A DNA stretch of 6,421 nucleotides, taken from assembly GCF_035285525.1 (NCBI RefSeq), contig NZ_JAYKGW010000139.1, forward strand, positions 1 to 6,421, in the 5' to 3' direction. Shown one piece after another: positions 5,201-6,421 of the stretch (within the stretch, counting starts at the first letter, position 1; every line of letters starts with the position of its first letter). Origin of the DNA: Okeania sp. Its GTDB lineage: Bacteria; Cyanobacteriota; Cyanobacteriia; Cyanobacteriales; Microcoleaceae. A program made the position numbers and the translations under genes. The notes beneath the pieces were generated by a model. That model ran no database searches and was not told the origin of the DNA. It saw only the letters and a list, made by a program, of their open reading frames with translations.

Positions 5201-6162
5201 TTTAATTTGTCATATTTTAATAGTTGTTGATATATTTCTAAATGAGTTATAGATTTTTGGATATTTCTGAGTAACAATTGTTGGATTTTACTGAAATGAG
5301 CTGGATAGTCTTGAGCATCCCAATTTTCTACGACACAAACTTCGACTAAATCTTGTACTAAGGCTACGTCATCATAATTTTCTTCTCCTTGTCGTTCTGC
5401 TAAATAGTTAATAATTATTTGACATAATTTTTGAGTGAGGAATGGTTGTCCGCCAGACCAAAATAATATTTCTTCGATAACTTTTAATGGTTGTCTGACT
5501 ATTCTTTGAAAGCTATTAGCAAAATGAGCTACTTCTTCTATTTTGAAATTACTCAGTTCAATATATCTACAAATATCTACTAAATTATGAGGTACTGTTG
5601 TGCCTAATAAGGCAAATGTTAAACGTTTAAAGTTTTGATTATTTGCTCTTTCCTGGAGACAATAATCAACCAAAACTCCTAAACTACTCCAACCAGAATT
5701 AACTACATTATCATCATTAATTTCATCTATAAAAATAACAATCTTTTCATCTTGAGTCTGATCTAATAATACTTTTTCAATAAACAGAAATAATTTTTCA
5801 TCCCCACACATATCTGCGGTTTCTTCCCACCATAATTCTGGGAAATGTCGAGGAAAAATAAAACTTTTCTCTAAAGTTAAAATTACTTGATTATACCATT
5901 CTTCTAGAGTTAAAAGTTGATTATTAACTCTGGTCATATCTAGAGCAATACAGATAATATTTTCTGCTTGTAAAAGTTGAATAGTGCTAATTTTTAAACT
6001 TGATTTACCAGTTTGTGGAGAACTTAATACATAACAATATTCACCAGATTTCAAAGCCTGAAATAATTCTTGGTCTGCCCCTCGTTTAACATAAGTCGGA
6101 TGATTTGGTGTTAAATAATTGCCTACTTGATAATTATATTCTTGATTAGTTTGTATATTCAT
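2287..6162 (-). CDS. 1291-aa AAA-like (AAA_35/STAND-type) P-loop NTPase - Q/N-rich linker - TM helix - WD40 repeat protein (14 full blades plus a partial 15th)
   Basis: The 3876-nt open frame has a single possible start: ATG at 6162 is the only start codon after the in-frame stop at 6199-6201. The N-terminus YNYQVGNYLTPNHPTYVKRGADQELFQALKSGEYCYVLSSPQTGKSS, the motif IVIFIDE, and WSGGQPFLTQKLC match my memory of the cyanobacterial 'AAA-like domain' family. The C-terminal half is a 41-aa periodic FSPDG...LATAG.DG...IW WD40 pattern. Confidence 0.95.
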   Translation of the reverse strand: MNIQTNQEYNYQVGNYLTPNHPTYVKRGADQELFQALKSGEYCYVLSSPQTGKSSLKISTIQLLQAENIICIALDMTRVNNQLLTLEEWYNQVILTLEKSFIFPRHFPELWWEETADMCGDEKLFLFIEKVLLDQTQDEKIVIFIDEINDDNVVNSGWSSLGVLVDYCLQERANNQNFKRLTFALLGTTVPHNLVDICRYIELSNFKIEEVAHFANSFQRIVRQPLKVIEEILFWSGGQPFLTQKLCQIIINYLAERQGEENYDDVALVQDLVEVCVVENWDAQDYPAHFSKIQQLLLRNIQKSITHLEIYQQLLKYDKLKPPGQNNQRFKNDAIANHKWEIKELLRSGIAKINRGFLEIYSPIYAEIFNQEWLEKYLAQIPQPASINQEQLELNDSQNQTKTRQVEPDISNSEIQHNQKNNSHVAINPEEKIVGNPLNLNQFNTQTTNFQLGANIPNLPNQENYKNPNHNLIQPQSTQPENPFNINQLNTKTTNLQPEPNISKLPNQENDEINHNNVIQVQHKQLETPKSKISHHHNQTNQKKSKNSPNNKLKIGVAGLTLLSVVAIISLTWATKLFRDKQNQLQQTTYQLQETQLGIQLERQGINSLKQFEFAEIEALLSAIQTGKELQKLVKDRRSLHYYPATTPIFALQQILNNIHEKNQIPNIKKISMSPNNQLLATVSNDGIAKILKFSGQAISQLRGHQGKISHIKFSPKDNLLATAAEDGTVRIWDFQGKQRVELRGHQGKIWQIAFSPDGQLLATAGEDSTAIIWDISGQKIATLTKHQERILDIKFSPDGKYLATAGWDGTVIIWNRIGRQLAMLRGHKGSVEKVVFSPDSRLLATAGWDGTIRIWWRRTGQLYARLKGKVSNLSFSPDSKRLVAAGEDGAGKIWDVSGQLLGKLPGHQGIITSVNFSPNGQRLATAGSDGIVKIWNSNGNLLTTLKGHNGRVLELNFSSDGELLLTLGEDGTGRIWELEGNGEVKIPGNSDIFETVSFSPNHQRLATAGVDGSARIWDISGNPLAQLNGYSGMFGDLNFSPDGQRLATAGDNGQAKIWQVSGEELIELEGEEGREKEISFSPDGKRLATVGADGVARIWNNSGQQLAELESNNGRVLDISFSPNGKYIGTAGEDGIGKIFDSSLQLVLELKIVSSWMESIGFSSSGDYVATGDSDGMVKIWDFSGNQITEIKGHIGSVENVIFSADREQVISMGKDGMVKVWDLTGRQIAQFENSKGLSLDGKYVATLVDNDLQLWQVKGLNDLLKSSCDWLKDYFVTHPDVKKNLEVCE
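2380..4161 (-). other. WD40 repeat region (aa 668-1261): 14 full blades plus a 28-aa partial 15th, enough for two 7-bladed propellers
   Basis: I counted the blades by hand. Eleven are exactly 41 aa, and the other three are 35, 42 and 38 aa. The GH/KH dipeptide is present in blades 2-5, 7, 8 and 14 and absent in 6 and 9-13. The tail LNDLLKSSCDWLKDYFVTHPDVKKNLEVCE (aa 1262-1291) resembles the usual C-terminal cap of cyanobacterial WD40 proteins. Confidence 0.9.
4441..4500 (-). other. Predicted transmembrane helix (aa 555-574, IGVAGLTLLSVVAIISLTWA)
   Basis: A 20-residue uncharged hydrophobic segment, verified from the reverse complement of 4441-4500. It is preceded by QKKSKNSPNNKLK and followed by TKLFRDK. 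Confidence 0.75.
4501..5016 (-). other. Q/N/P/T-rich low-complexity linker (aa 383-554) containing a 46-aa-period internal duplication
   Basis: The composition is visible in the translation. Segments aa 436-476 and aa 482-522 align with 23 of 41 residues identical by hand alignment. The DNA-level duplication is visible at 4597-4857. The linker ends in HHH and a K-rich stretch just before the TM helix. Confidence 0.85.
5023..6138 (-). other. P-loop NTPase module (aa 9-380) with Walker A and Walker B plus a helical/winged-helix-like extension
   Basis: Walker A SPQTGKSS is aa 48-55 (nt 5998-6021). Walker B IVIFIDE is aa 141-147 (nt 5722-5742). Both were checked against the reverse complement. 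The conserved tail NRGFLEIYSPIYAEIFNQEWLEKYL resembles the end of AAA_35-type domains. Confidence 0.8.
5156..5163. repeat. HIP1 octamer GCGATCGC
   Basis: Exact match, inside the minus-strand CDS. Confidence 0.9.
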
Positions 6163-6292
6163 ACTTATATGTAGTATCTTAACCCTAGCAACTTTAAATT
6201 AGAAAAAAGTTAGCATTCAATACAATAGGTGTTATATCATATCCGGTTGAGTAGGATAATTAGAAGTCCGTGGTATTGCTTTGGGAAGCAGA

Positions 6293-6319
6293 CACGGATG
6301 AGGCCACGGATACACGGAT
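6293..6319. repeat. Three closely spaced CACGGAT heptamers leading into the 28-bp array
   Basis: CACGGAT occurs at 6293-6299, 6305-6311 and 6313-6319. TCCGTGG at 6267-6273 is the exact inverted complement of CCACGGA at 6304-6310. Confidence 0.85.
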
Positions 6320-6421
6320 GGATTTAGGGATTTCTCTTGAGTTGCATGGATTTAGGGATTTCTCTTGAGTTGCATGGATTTAGGGATTTCTCTTGAGTTG
6401 CATGGATTTAGGGATTTCTCT
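6318..6421. repeat. Perfect 28-bp tandem repeat (ATGGATTTAGGGATTTCTCTTGAGTTGC), at least 3.7 copies, cut by the window end
   Basis: Units at 6318-6345, 6346-6373 and 6374-6401 and the partial unit 6402-6421 are identical. The unit contains TAG and TGA on the plus strand and TAA on the minus strand. Because 28 is not a multiple of 3, every frame meets a stop within 84 nt, so the array is non-coding. Confidence 0.95.

Noticed and set aside
6100-6162. Q/N/Y-rich extreme N-terminus (MNIQTNQEYNYQVGNYL) as a possible amyloid signalling (BASS-like) motif
   Set aside because: The YQVG..L....P.YV.R motif is, as I recall, the conserved beginning of the AAA-like NTPase domain itself. No upstream partner gene carrying a matching motif is visible.
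6318-6421. Possible CRISPR array, given a 28-bp repeat length typical of CRISPR repeats
   Set aside because: The units are directly adjacent with no spacers at all. This is a plain tandem repeat, and no cas genes are in the window.

Overview
This AT-rich window looks like chromosomal DNA from a filamentous, Nostocales-like cyanobacterium. That call is an inference from two HIP1 octamers (GCGATCGC), intergenic palindromes with GGGGCGGGTTT arms, and a giant AAA-like/WD40 protein. Two convergent genes fill most of the window. (1) 86..1690 (+) encodes a 534-aa uncharacterised protein with a basic N-terminus, one TM helix and a C-terminal part of about 435 aa that is probably extracytoplasmic. (2) 2287..6162 (-) encodes a 1291-aa protein. 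It has an N-terminal P-loop 'AAA-like' (AAA_35/STAND-type) NTPase, a Q/N-rich linker with an internal 46-aa duplication, a single TM helix, a helical juxtamembrane segment, 14 full WD40 blades plus a partial 15th, and a short Cys-containing tail. The 596-bp convergent spacer holds four palindromic elements that share GGGGCGGGTTT/AAACCCGCCCC arms. Three of them sit in a 180/168-bp tandem array of 2.4 copies. Both window edges lie in perfect tandem repeats. A 61-bp duplication spans the start codon of gene 1. A 28-bp repeat that is non-coding in all six frames (at least 3.7 copies) lies upstream of gene 2. The most system-like candidate is the lone NTPase-TM-WD40 gene: it has no recognisable effector domain, and its topology would put the WD40 propellers on the opposite side of the membrane from the ATPase. 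I see no rRNA, tRNA, CRISPR, transposase or integrase. All homology statements come from memory of protein families, not from searches.
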